Shown piece by piece: positions 1 to 12,024 of a stretch of DNA of 64,000 nt; the stretch's first letter is position 1; every line of letters starts with the position of its first letter. The notes beneath the pieces are model-generated. The model did not search any database, was not told the origin of the DNA, and saw nothing but the letters and a program-made list of their open reading frames with translations. A program made the translations under genes and the position numbers. The stretch lies in NCBI RefSeq assembly GCF_009914755.1, contig NC_060928.1. One strand, 5' to 3'. Origin of the DNA: the human T2T-CHM13v2.0 reference genome, Homo sapiens.

Positions 1-244
1 TATTCTAGCCTTTATCTTTTTTCCTATTTTTCCTGGAGGCATTGCAATATTGCATTTAAAAAAAAAACCTTTCTGCCATATTGAGCAAAAGCAACATGAT
101 TAAAGTAACAAATGGAAACAAAACATGAGGATGGCATTTTAGGATTACAAAATGCTTTCCTGACAAATTTTCATTTCATGTTTACCACATTTTTTAAAGA
201 TTAGGTTATTATTCCTGTTTTAAAGATGGGGAAACTAAGTATCA

Positions 245-733
<489 letters not shown>

Positions 734-1827
734 CTATAGCCAACTCCTCACAAAAGAATGTTAAAAAGGTGCTTCTCTGTAAAGTTGCCCTCCTGGCCTT
801 CCCTTCATTGGTGCTGTTGATAGTGGTGCTTCTCCTGCCTGAGACAAGCCTGCAAAGGTGGATGGATATTCCTACCAGGACACACAGGGTGAGACTGCAA
901 TGGCAACCTGCAGAGTCCAGGGCTTGCCCACTATGAAAATGGTCTCCAAGTGTGCTCCTGCTTCATCTGGTCACCAACCTCCTTATGAATGAGGTGGGGC
1001 CAGGGCTCAGGGATTTAGAGTGAGGAGGGGGCCTCCAGAACCCAGAGGTAGGAACAAAAAGGCAAAGGTGGTAACAGCTGAGATGAACTTCCTTCTCTGC
1101 ATCCCCTGCCATCCTTTCCACCTGCCTAGGCCATCTGGAGTTTCCAATTATGTGTCTTGCCCAAAGCTCACCTACCCTACACAGGAGTATTCTAGAGCAG
1201 AATCCATGGTGTGGTAAGGACCTGCCACACCCTCAACCCCCTTTAGAGGAACACTTTCCTAAAGCACAGCATTCTGTCTCCAGCTTTGTATTAATACTTT
1301 TATTTAGTGGACCATTCATGCCACCTGGGCCACAACTGATGATACCCAGGACTAGTGCCCCAACCAATGCAAGCTGCTCACCAGAGTGACCAACCACCTC
1401 TGAGGTGGCTTGGCACCAACTCACCCCAATAGAGGTGCTCTATATTGCAGAGTGACAAGCTGACCCCATCAGATGTCTCGCCTGGCACATGTGAACATGC
1501 GTATGGGCTCAGGCAAATGACTCGGGTTCTCCATTCACCAGTCCTGACTGTGCCGAGACCCAGAGTGTCTGTGGCTAATGAAGAAAGATGTCCTAATGCT
1601 GCCCCTTTCCCTTGTGTCCTAGAAGTAAGGCCCATCACCAAAGGAGGTCTGGGTCAGTCTTTCCTTAGCAATCTTAAATAGCCCAACAGATCAAGTATGA
1701 TTCTCACTTAGAGGGAAGTCCCAGGAGCCCAAAGAGAAAAGTGACACACACAAGAATAACATCACCAGCTCACATGAGGGACCTGGGTCCCAGAAACCCA
1801 CAGTTAAACTATTCTTTCCACATTTTA

Positions 1828-2163
1828 TTTTATTTTATTTATTTATTTTGAGACAGAGTCTAACTCTGTCACCCAGGCTGGAGGGCAGTGGTGTGCTCTC
1901 AGCTCACTGCAACCTCCGCCACCCGGGCTTAAGCAATTCTCCCTGCCTCAGTCTCCCGACTAGCTGGGATTACGGGTGCCTGCCACCATGCCCGGCTAAA
2001 TTTTTTTGTATTTTTAGTAGAGACGGGGGTTTAGCCGTGTTGGCCAGGCTGGTCTCGAACTCCTGACCTCAGGTGATCCACCTGCCTCAGCCTCCCAAAG
2101 TGCTGGGATTACAAGTGTAATATAATTGTAATATAAATTACACTTGTAATTACATGCCCAGCC
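1828..2163 (-). mobile_element. Alu (AluSx-like) with a rearranged 5' end
   Basis: Reverse Alu with a (TTTTA)n tail; TSD CTTTCCACATTTTA at 1814-1827 and 2164-2177. Confidence 0.95.
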
Positions 2164-2299
2164 CTTTCCACATTTTATATTCTGCTTCCTGCATCACTGG
2201 GCTAAGAAAAAAGTACTGAATATTCTCCCCAAAAGACTCTTGTAGGTCTGGGTCAGTCTTTCCTTAGCAATCTTAAATAACCCAATGGATCGAGTATGA

Positions 2300-2814
<515 letters not shown>

Positions 2815-3856
2815 TGAAAACTGTCAGAACAGATAAAGCGGAGATTATTGCTTTCTTTAAGGTCTGTTGCCTGATTTCCCTTAGGGCCCCTACTGTGGAC
2901 GGTGGGGATCTGCCTAGAAGTCAGGCGTGTGTTAATTTGCATGATTGTGTTAACTAACCATCAGCCACTCCATCCCAGCTGCAGTATAACCTAAATTAAT
3001 TCACTAGGAGCAGGTGGTTTAATTTGTACATTATTCACATTTGCTAATAAACAAGCAATTTGGATTTTAGTTAGAATTTTTTCTCAGGGACAGAGCCAAG
3101 GGTGTTTGCTCAGCATTTGGCCAAGGGAAATTCAACTCAGACACAACCCACCCCACCCTTCAGGCTTTTCATACTAAGAAAATCTGGTTCATCTCAAGCT
3201 CCTCCACATTCTTGCTCCCCAGGATCAATCCTGATCATAAAGGGTAAATGCACACTGCAGGGTTCAGGTTCACCTTTGCTACCAGCAGGGCCTGGCAGTG
3301 CCTTCCATGTAAGTCACTGGGCTTCTGCTGTGCTGAGACCCAGAGCCCTGGAGTCCCAGTTTTTAAATGGATTTCTGCCTGTGTCTAATATTTCTTAGAT
3401 TCTTACTAGCTGCCTGCCCAGTTTATCATTTTTCATCACAAAATAGGGTCTTCTGCTCTGGCTCTGCACACCCCTCTTTCTGAGACTGACATCCCATCTG
3501 AACTTAGTCCAAGAGCTGAGATCTGGCTTCCAGATGACCAGTTTCCCTAAAAATGACTGTGTGCCTGCCCCGTCATGGGGTCCCCACCACTACATTTTGC
3601 TCACCTATTGAGTACAACAATAATAATAGTCAGTGTTTATTTCTGTGTCAGAATTTTGCAAAATTACTGTTCATCTTCATACAATTGGAGAATTGAGAAA
3701 ACAGGCTCAGAAAAGTGCCTTGTCCTAAGTCACATAGCAAGTAGTGTGGAGCTGGAATTTGAGCACAGGTCTATCAGGATTCAAGTCCCACATTCAAAAT
3801 CATGTTCATGTTACTCTTGCCTCTTACATCTGTTTGATCATGATCCAATGCCTGCC

Positions 3857-4231
3857 TTTCTTTTCTTTTCCTTTTTTCTTTCTTTTCTTTTTTCTTTCTT
3901 TCTTTCTTTTTCTTTCCTTCTTTCCTTTTTCTTTTTTTAGCCTTTAGAGACAGGGTCTTGCTCTCTCTCTGTCACCTAGGCTGGAGCACAGTGATGCAAT
4001 TATGACTCACTGCAGGCTCAAACTTCTGGGCCCAAGCCATCCTCCCACCTCAGCCTCCTGAGTAGCTTGGAGTACAGGTTTGCACCACCACACCCAGCTA
4101 ATTTGTTTTTCGGTAAAGATGGGGTCTTGCTATGTTGCCCAGGCTGGCCTCTAACCCCTGACCTCAAGCGATCATCTCGCCTTGCCTCTCAAAGCACTGG
4201 GATGACAGGCATGAGCCACTGTGCCCTGCCC
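3857..4231 (-). mobile_element. Alu (AluJ-like) with (TTTC)n-degenerate tail
   Basis: GAGACAGGGTCTTGCTC...GGGGTCTTGCTATGTTGCCCAGGC, J-type diagnostics. Confidence 0.9.
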
Positions 4232-4774
4232 AAGGCATCTCTTCACCTCACTTCAGGGTAGGGAAAATTGGCACAATTGGCTGGGCTAGTTTGAATGTTA
4301 AGGAACTGGGCTGGGCAGTAAGAGACTCTCAAATGTGGCAGCAACTATGTAAAACCCAAGGCTGAATGTTAAATCCAATCAGAGAGAAAGGCCTGAGTGC
4401 CAAAGCCAGAGAAGCATGCTGATTGGTCAAAATATTTGAGAGTCATTCCTCGCCCTTGTGTGAAAAGGGTATAAAAATCCAGTGAGATCTGTGGCCGTAA
4501 TCCTGGAGGTGACACCCAAGGCGGGGTACCTAAATAGCCCATGACTGCCATTGAGGGGTTGTCTGAGCCAGTGATGGAAATGATAGCATCCTGCTTCCAG
4601 GTGATTGTCACATCCATTCAAATGAATTATCATCAAAGGTATAGTGTAGGTTGAAGCACTTAAGGGGACAATTCTTCAAATGTCATTTAGTTCTCAGAAA
4701 AAAAGTTGTATGGTCTGTTTTACACCCAGTTGGTGATAAATGCAGTGAGGCTGTGCATACTGTGAACCCCACCC

Positions 4775-4901
4775 CCTCAGATCCATTATCATCTACCAAC
4801 AGGGACCTCAGATCCATTATCATCTACCAACAGGGACCTCAGATCCATTATCATCTACCAACAGGGACCTCAGATCCATTATCATCTACCAACAGGGACC
4901 T
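4775..4901 (+). repeat. Minisatellite, 31-bp unit x ~4.1 perfect copies
   Basis: CCTCAGATCCATTATCATCTACCAACAGGGA repeated head-to-tail four times with no mismatch and no spacer. Confidence 0.98.
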
Positions 4902-5200
4902 AAGATTGTGCATGGTCAAATCAGCTGAAGCCACTTCTCCACACACCCCTTTGCACCATCTTAGACTGGTCTGAGCTGTAGCACCTTCATTTTAGGCATG
5001 TTCATAAGAAAACAGGGACCAACTCCCCCCAGTCAAGCCACATGAACCACCCTTCTTTCCCAGTGCATCTTCTCTAAAAGGACTTGGGGCCTTCACTTGG
5101 CAATTCCCCCAGCTCTGCTCCTCCCCAGCTCCTGGGGCCTCAGCAATGGACTCTTGTCCCTGGGTAGGAGCCAGTAATAAGGAGGAGGAGGAAGGGAACG

Positions 5201-5576
5201 TGTTGACTGAATGTTTGTGTGCCCCACCCTGGGACACCCCTGAAGTCAGATATTGAAGCCCTAGCCCCCAGTGTGATGGTGTTTGGAAATGGGTTTGGGA
5301 GGTCCTTAGGTCATGAGGACAGGACCCTGGTCTGAGGGGATCAGTGCCGTTATGAAAAGAGACACCATAGAGCTAGCACACTCTCCCTCCACTGTGAAGA
5401 CACACTGAGAAGAAAGCTGTCTACAAGCCCAGAAGAGGGTCCTCACCAGGAATTGAATCTGCTGGCACCTTGAACTTAGACTTCCCAGCCCACAGAACTG
5501 TGAGGAAATGAATTTCTGTTGTTGAAGTCACTCAGTCTATGGTATTTTGGTATGGCAGCCCCAGCAGACTAAGACA
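5201..5576 (+). mobile_element. MaLR solo LTR (MLT1A-like)
   Basis: GACTGAATGTTTGTGT start; TCTGCTGGCACCTTGAACTTAGACTTCCCAGCC; ends GACTAAGACA. Confidence 0.88.
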
Positions 5577-6372
5577 GAAGCAGTAGAAGTAGAGGAAACC
5601 CAGTAGTCAGCACTCACCCACATGTCTAGCCTGCTCTGGAGAAGGCATAGTTCAGCTCATCCCCCGTCTTCCTGAAATACACCTTCGGGCAAGACCTGCC
5701 ACTGTTACAGGCAGAGGAAGCGGCTGCCTTTATGGGGTGACTTACAGAGCTCTGAGAGGCCCACCTGCTCCCTGTGTCTCTGCTGTCTTGCCCCCACTCC
5801 CCACCCGGCTCGGAATTCTCTCCATTGAACTTGCTGACAGCTGTGGAGAAAGAAAGGCCCCAGGATGAGTGACCCTCTTCCTTGTTATAGGACTTCTTAT
5901 TGTGCTTCTCTTAGGCTACACTAGAAGGACTTTTCTTTGGCATAATTCAAGTCAGGAAGGAGCTGGTTGGCTGGCACCTTGACAAGGTCACCAAGATCTT
6001 CAGATCTGAGGGTTCAGGAGCTCAATTCTGTGAATTCATTGAAGTTCTGGATGATTGGTTCAGGCTAATCAAACTCATGAGACTCGCTGGCAGCTGCTGA
6101 GCAAATTTTTTTCTAAAATGAAAAGTATTTTTGAAAAACTGAATTACTAATTCAAGGCAAGGTCATAGAGCAGGGCGTGGGAAGATTTTTAATGGTTGGT
6201 GTCATCAAGCTATAACAATCCTCTGCTCTAATAAAGTGGCACCTACCAAATGAGCCAGCAGACCCCTGGAGCTGGGCAAGGTACCCAGCTCCACTGGACA
6301 GGGCCAGAGAGAAATGGTAACTCTTCAATTCATTTGTTATTTTTATTTTTAATATCCCAAGCAGAGCAACTA

Positions 6373-6711
6373 CCGTCATCACTCAGCATCGATTGGGGAT
6401 TGGTTCCAGGACCCTCTGCAGATACCAAAATCCATGGATGCTCAAGTCCTGATATAAAGTAGGGTAGTATTTGCATATAACCTACGCACATCCTCCCATA
6501 TATGTTAAATCATCTCTAGGCTACTTATATATAATACCTAATACAATGTAAATGCTATGTAAATAGTTGTTATACTGTACTGTTTAGGGAATCATGACAA
6601 GAAAAAAAAAAGTCTGTACATGTTTGGTCCAGACAGAACCATCCATTTTTCTTTTCTGGATATTTTCAACTCTCAGTTGGTTGAATCCACAAACGTAGAG
6701 CCCATGGACTG
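6373..6711. mobile_element. MER2-like TcMar-Tigger non-autonomous DNA transposon
   Basis: GGGGATTGGTTCCAGGACCC...GATACCAAAATCCATGGATGCTCAAGTCC...GTATTTGCATATAACCTACGCACATCCTCCC. Confidence 0.88.
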
Positions 6712-7336
6712 CATTTATTTCTGTGATTAATATGATAGTGTTTCCATGATTACTATTTATCTTAAATTACATTCAGATTGCATCTTTGCGACGGGTCTGG
6801 AGAGGCCCTCTAAGCTTATCTGCTGTACACTTCAAGTCATCTCTCCAGCAGATGGATAATCTCATCCATAGGATGTTAGGTCTTTGTGGCTTCAGTTTCT
6901 GATTGTGCCATTTTCTGTCCCCTTTCCACCAGTTTGGGTTACCATACTGAAGCAATGAAAAGATTAATGAAGAAGAGAGAGATTAACAGGGAAGGAAAAC
7001 GGGAATGGAGGGATTCTGGTTGGGCTTGAGGATAGGTCGACTCAACTCTTTCTCATTCCAGCTTGGAGTTGACCCAGAGTCTCTCAATGGTCAGCGTTGG
7101 GTCCTGCAAAGGTACAGTTGGGATGGCCACTTTCCACCTTGGCAGAAAGAAGAAACTGAAGCAGACACATGGTGAGGCAGAGGTTAGAACCCCACAAATT
7201 TCTTGCAGAGTAGCAGCAACATCTGCGGGTGCAATGCAGGAATGGCCCCCGGTAAGAGAATGACAGTGGAACTTCATTTGCAGGTATTTCTGTTCTTTTT
7301 CCAGGGTCCCATGAGGCCTGCCTATGCTTTTGCTCA

Positions 7337-7488
7337 CAGAGACTATGAAATCACCTCTGCCCCGCCATTTAATTTCTCTCTTTCCTCAAACTAGTTTTGG
7401 TGAGTTTCCTTCTCTGTCAGCAAAGGACCTTGGCCAGGACATCTTGGAATCATCTAGGCCTCCCCTGTTAGTGGATCAAGAAGACAGC
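7337..7488 (+). repeat. Dispersed direct repeat, 152 bp, copy A (paralog at 9634-9785)
   Basis: CAGAGACTATGAAATCACCTCTG...GTGGATCAAGAAGACAGC; 7 mismatches to copy B, no indels. Confidence 0.97.
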
Positions 7489-8703
7489 AAATTGATTAGC
7501 TGACACCTTAAATAAGCATAAGATACAGGTAGACTTACAAGAAAGTAAGGTAGCCTAAGGCCCAGGGAGAAATTGGAAGCCAGAGAGAAGGGATCTGGAG
7601 TGAGGGGGTCCATGGGAGGAAGAGACCACGTGAGGTTCAGAGACAGCACTCAAGTTAAACTTTCTGTAATTCATAACACACCTGGATACCAGTTGGGGCT
7701 ACAAGAGGAAATGACCATCATTAAGGGAACTGAAAGCACCTTCAGTTTTCCCTCACAGCCTGACAATTCCAGAAAAGGTAGGCATTTTAGAGCCTGAATT
7801 CTCTAGACTGGGCTTTCAGTGTTAATCACATTCCCTGGATAATTGCACAGCTCCCCGCCTCACTATACCTGTGTGGTTTGCTTAAAGAGATGTTAAAACC
7901 TCCATAATTTTGCCACTCCCATATTGAATGAGAGTCAGAGCAATTTCTTTTTCACCCTAGTTATCCTTTCCTGTAAATGCCTGGATATTCTCCGAAAGTT
8001 TAAGCAGATTGAGGGATTTTTGCCCTACCATAGGTCAGAGAAAAACTCAATATTTGTTATTCTCAGATCTTAATGCCTGCTCATGGTGATTTTAATGCTG
8101 CTTTTAAAAACTGCTGTGGTATTTTAATAATAGGACGTTCTTTCTGGTATTGTTGAAACATTACATTATTCAATGTATCCAATTGCAATCCATTTTTCTC
8201 TGCCCTTGTGGTGCATTATTATCATGGACTCTTTGCAGAAGTATAATTTGGGGAGCAATTTTCTAGCAAACCATTGAAGGTGTTGCATTCCAAATGTGAG
8301 GTGATGTGCCACTCTGTTCATGAAACCACATTACAAGGCCGAGAGCCTTTTTTCGTAGTAAACACTGTTTTAGCCCAGTGATCCCAGTGGGACTCACGCC
8401 TCCCGCCTTCTCTCCCTCAGTCGGCCTCACTTCACCTCAGGGATCTGACTTACAAATCCAGCTTCTGGTGCCCAAGATGTGTTGCCACATACAGGGCCCT
8501 GGCTGACATGAGATCACATTCTTCCTGAAGCTATTTTGTCCTCAGAGTTGGATTTCTCCCTGGCTAGGTCAAGTGTGTTGCTTCCTTCAACTGGATATGG
8601 CTTTCTCTAACACAGAAATCACGCACCGGTGGTCAATAGGTCATCTCTGACCCACAACTGTGGGGTTTTAAATGATTTAAAAAAATTTAAATTCTAACTA
8701 TAA

Positions 8704-9038
8704 CAGACTATTTTTATAACAGTTTTAGTTTCACAGCAAGACCTAGTAAAGGTGCAGAGAGTCCCCATATACCCCCTGCCCCCACACATGCAAAGCCTCC
8801 CCCCTTATCAGCACCTCCCCCACCCCCCCAGCCTCTACTACCCCCACTGGAGTGGCACATTTGTTACAACGGATGAACCTAAATTGACACATCATTATCA
8901 CCCAAAGTCCATAGTTTACACTGGGTTCACTCTTCGTGCTATACATTCCATGGGTTTGGACACATGTCTAGTGACATATATCTAACTATCAGAGTATCAT
9001 TCAGAGCGGTTTTAATGCCTCCCAAATCCTCTGTTCTC
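8704..9038 (-). mobile_element. L1 (L1MC/MD-like) 3' UTR fragment
   Basis: GATGAACCTAAATTGACACATCATTATCACCCAAAGTCCATAGTTTACA is typical of old L1M 3' ends. Confidence 0.85.
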
Positions 9039-9256
9039 AATTTTATTTTGAAAATTTAAAATCATTTTTTAAATGGTTGTCCAACTTTAAAACTCAGGAG
9101 TTTTCACATGAAAATAGGGACTTCTGGATTGTCTTGGCAATTCCGAAGCTTGGCCACACTATGGCACTAAGTCTAGGTTGTCCCTGCTAGGGAAGTCAGG
9201 TCCTACCCAATTCACCACAGACCTCATTACTCCCTACTGACTAGACTCTGGAGCCT

Positions 9257-9547
9257 GTTTGTTTTTTAAGACAGAGTCTTGCCCTATTGCCCAGCCTGGA
9301 GTGCAGTGGCGCCATCTCAATTCACTGCAACCTCCACTTCCTGGGCTCAAACAATTCTCCGCCTCAGCCTCCTGAGCAGCTGGAATTACAGGCACCCGCC
9401 AACATGCCCAGCTAATTTTTTGTATTTTTAGTAGAGATGGGTTTTCACCATGTTGGCCAGGCTGGTCTCAAACTCTTGACTTCATGATCCACCCAGCTCG
9501 GCCTCCCAAAGTGCTGGGACTACAGGCATGAGCCACTGTGCCTGGCC
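9257..9547 (-). mobile_element. Alu (AluSg-like)
   Basis: Full reverse Alu body; degenerate TSD ACTCTGG on both sides. Confidence 0.93.
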
Positions 9548-9633
9548 AACTCTGGGGTCTTTATTGAGTCATCATGCCTGTCTATCTTTGTAGACATTGA
9601 GACTATGGCCCCTGCTTTCATAGCTGTGGTGGG

Positions 9634-9785
9634 CAGAGACTATGAAATCACCTCTGTCCCTCCATTTAATTTATCTCTTTCCTCAAACTAGTTTTGGTGA
9701 ATTTCCTTCTGTGTCAGCAAAGGACCTTGGCCAGGACATCTTGGAATCATCTAGGCCTCCCCTGTTAGTGGATCAGGAAGGCAGC
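9634..9785 (+). repeat. Dispersed direct repeat, 152 bp, copy B, lying inside the LTR 5' end
   Basis: About 95% identical to 7337-7488. Confidence 0.97.
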
Positions 9786-10103
9786 TCTGGCTGCCTTTGG
9801 GAAGCCCTGGTTCCCCAAATCCCCTCTACCTGGTATACACACCATGTAGAATCTCCTTCCCTTGAGTGTAGCTGTGACCCATGAACACAATGGAATATCC
9901 CTCTCTGATATAGGGCAAAGGGATTCTGAAGATGTAATCAAGGTCTGTAATCAGCTGACTTTGAGGTTATTAAAAGGAAGATGATTCCAGGTGAGCCTGA
10001 CCTAAGCAGGTAAGCCCTTAAAGGAGACCAGAAGCAGCTGCAGATGCTCTCCTGCTGGCCTTGAAGAAGTGACCTGCCGTGCTATGAAAGGGACAAAGGC
10101 TAG

Positions 10104-10474
<371 letters not shown>

Positions 10475-10552
10475 CACAGTCTTCTAATCACAGGGAACTG
10501 AATCCCGCCAACCACCTGAATGAATTTAGAGGAGGAGCCAAGCTTCCGAAGA

Positions 10553-11372
10553 TGTCTCAGTCCATTCCTGCTGCTGTAACAAAATGCCATTGTCAAAGAA
10601 CAAAATTTCAGCAAATTGAGTTTTAAAGATCTAATTGGCTTTTATTAGTGATTCATGAATTGGGCAACATCCTGTCTATGAAATAAAAGGAGCTCCGCTG
10701 AGCTGAGCAGAGGGGGTGGGCTTTACAGGCAGCAAAATGCTGAGGAAAGCAAAAAGAAAGGACAAAGAGCACATTGGTCATTTCAAAGTTACCTTTCTTG
10801 TGTAGGTTGAAGTAGACAGAACTTCCTTATCATGCTGGCTCAGCTTGACTCAGTCCCTTTTGATTGGTTGCTGTGAATCCCTTTTTTCTTTCTTTTTTTT
10901 AACTTGCCTGCTTGGGGATTTCCCCTATTTTTTGAAGTTTAAGTTTGACTATGTGGCACTTAACATGAGTGCCTCCATTCTGCTTTTGTCTGGTCCACTG
11001 GGTCCTAGTGCAGGAGTTCAGTCTGAAACAATAGCCTCCCACAAATTTTAACATCTTAGACTGGGTAATCTGTAAACAACAGAAATTTATTGCTTACAGC
11101 TGTGGAAGCTGTGAAGTCCAAGACCAAGTCACCAGCAGATTCAGCGTCTGGTTAGGGCTCACTCTCCACTTCAAAGAAGGCGCCTTCTATGCATCCTTAC
11201 AGGGTGGAAGGGGACAAAAAGTTCCTTTGGGCCTTGTATAAGGGCACTAATCCCATTCATGAGGGCAGAGCCCTCCTGATCTAAGTACCTCCCAAAGGCC
11301 CCACCTCTTAATATGACCACATTAAGTTTCAATGTACGAAACTGGGGGGCCACAAACATTCAGGACATAGCA
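10553..11372 (-). mobile_element. MaLR solo LTR (MLT1A-like), reverse, interrupted by a MER31-like LTR
   Basis: TGTCTCAGTCCATTCCTGCTGCTGTAACAAAATGCCAT resumes at 11054 as CTTAGACTGGGTAAT; ends CACAAACATTCAGGACATAGCA. Confidence 0.85.
10591..11053 (-). mobile_element. ERV1 solo LTR (MER31-like)
   Basis: TG...CA termini; reverse of the MER31-type start (CCTAGTGCAGGAGTTCAGTCTGAAACAATAGCCTCCCACAAATTTTAACA). Confidence 0.8.
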
Positions 11373-11669
11373 AATGAGATCACAGCTCCAGCCAACATCT
11401 GGACTTCAGTCTGGTGAGACCCTGAGCAGAGGGCCCAGCTAGTCTGTCCTGGACTCCTAACCCACAACAACTGGGAGACAATAAATTTGTGTTGTTGCAA
11501 GACACTATCTTTGTGGCAATTTATTATGCAGCAGTTGAATACTGCATACAATACAATAGCTATCTATTTGATCATTTGCTTTCATACCTGTACTCATATC
11601 CCCACACAACCAGAATCATGTGAATGGCTTTCACCTAAGACCAGAAAACACGCTGTAGAGAATATTCTA

Positions 11670-12024
11670 TGTTGTATATGAATGTTTGTGTCCCTCCCAA
11701 ATTCCTGTGTTGGAATCCTAACCCCCAAGGTGACGGTATTAGGAGGAAGGGTTTGGGAAGGTGATTAGGTCATGAGGGCAGTCCCCAGGAATGAGATTAG
11801 TATCCTTATAAAGAGGCCCAAGGGAGCTTGTTGGCCACTTTTACCATGCGAGGACACAGCAAGAGGGAACCGTCTATGAACCAGAAATCAGGCTTTTGCC
11901 AAACACCAAATCTGCTGGTGCCTTGATCTTGAACTTCCCAGTCTCTAGAACTGAGAAATTTCTGTTGTTTATAAGCCACCCCCTTTATGGTATTTTGTTA
12001 TAGCAGCCTGAATGGACTAAGACA
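11670..12024 (+). mobile_element. MaLR solo LTR (MLT1A0-like)
   Basis: TGAATGTTTGTGTCCCTCCCAAATTC...GGACTAAGACA; near-TSD TTCTA/CTCTA. Confidence 0.9.

Larger units (their letters stand above)
8611..9614. mobile_element. MER102-like hAT-Charlie relic interrupted by an L1 3' fragment and an Alu
   Basis: CCAACTTTAAAACTCAGGAGTTTTCACATGAAAA...CTTCTGG; ends GACATTGAGACTATGGCCCCTG. Confidence 0.65.

Noticed and set aside
4775-4901. 31-bp direct repeats of CRISPR-like length
   Set aside because: The copies are contiguous with no spacers, there are no cas genes, and the context is primate DNA; this is a minisatellite.
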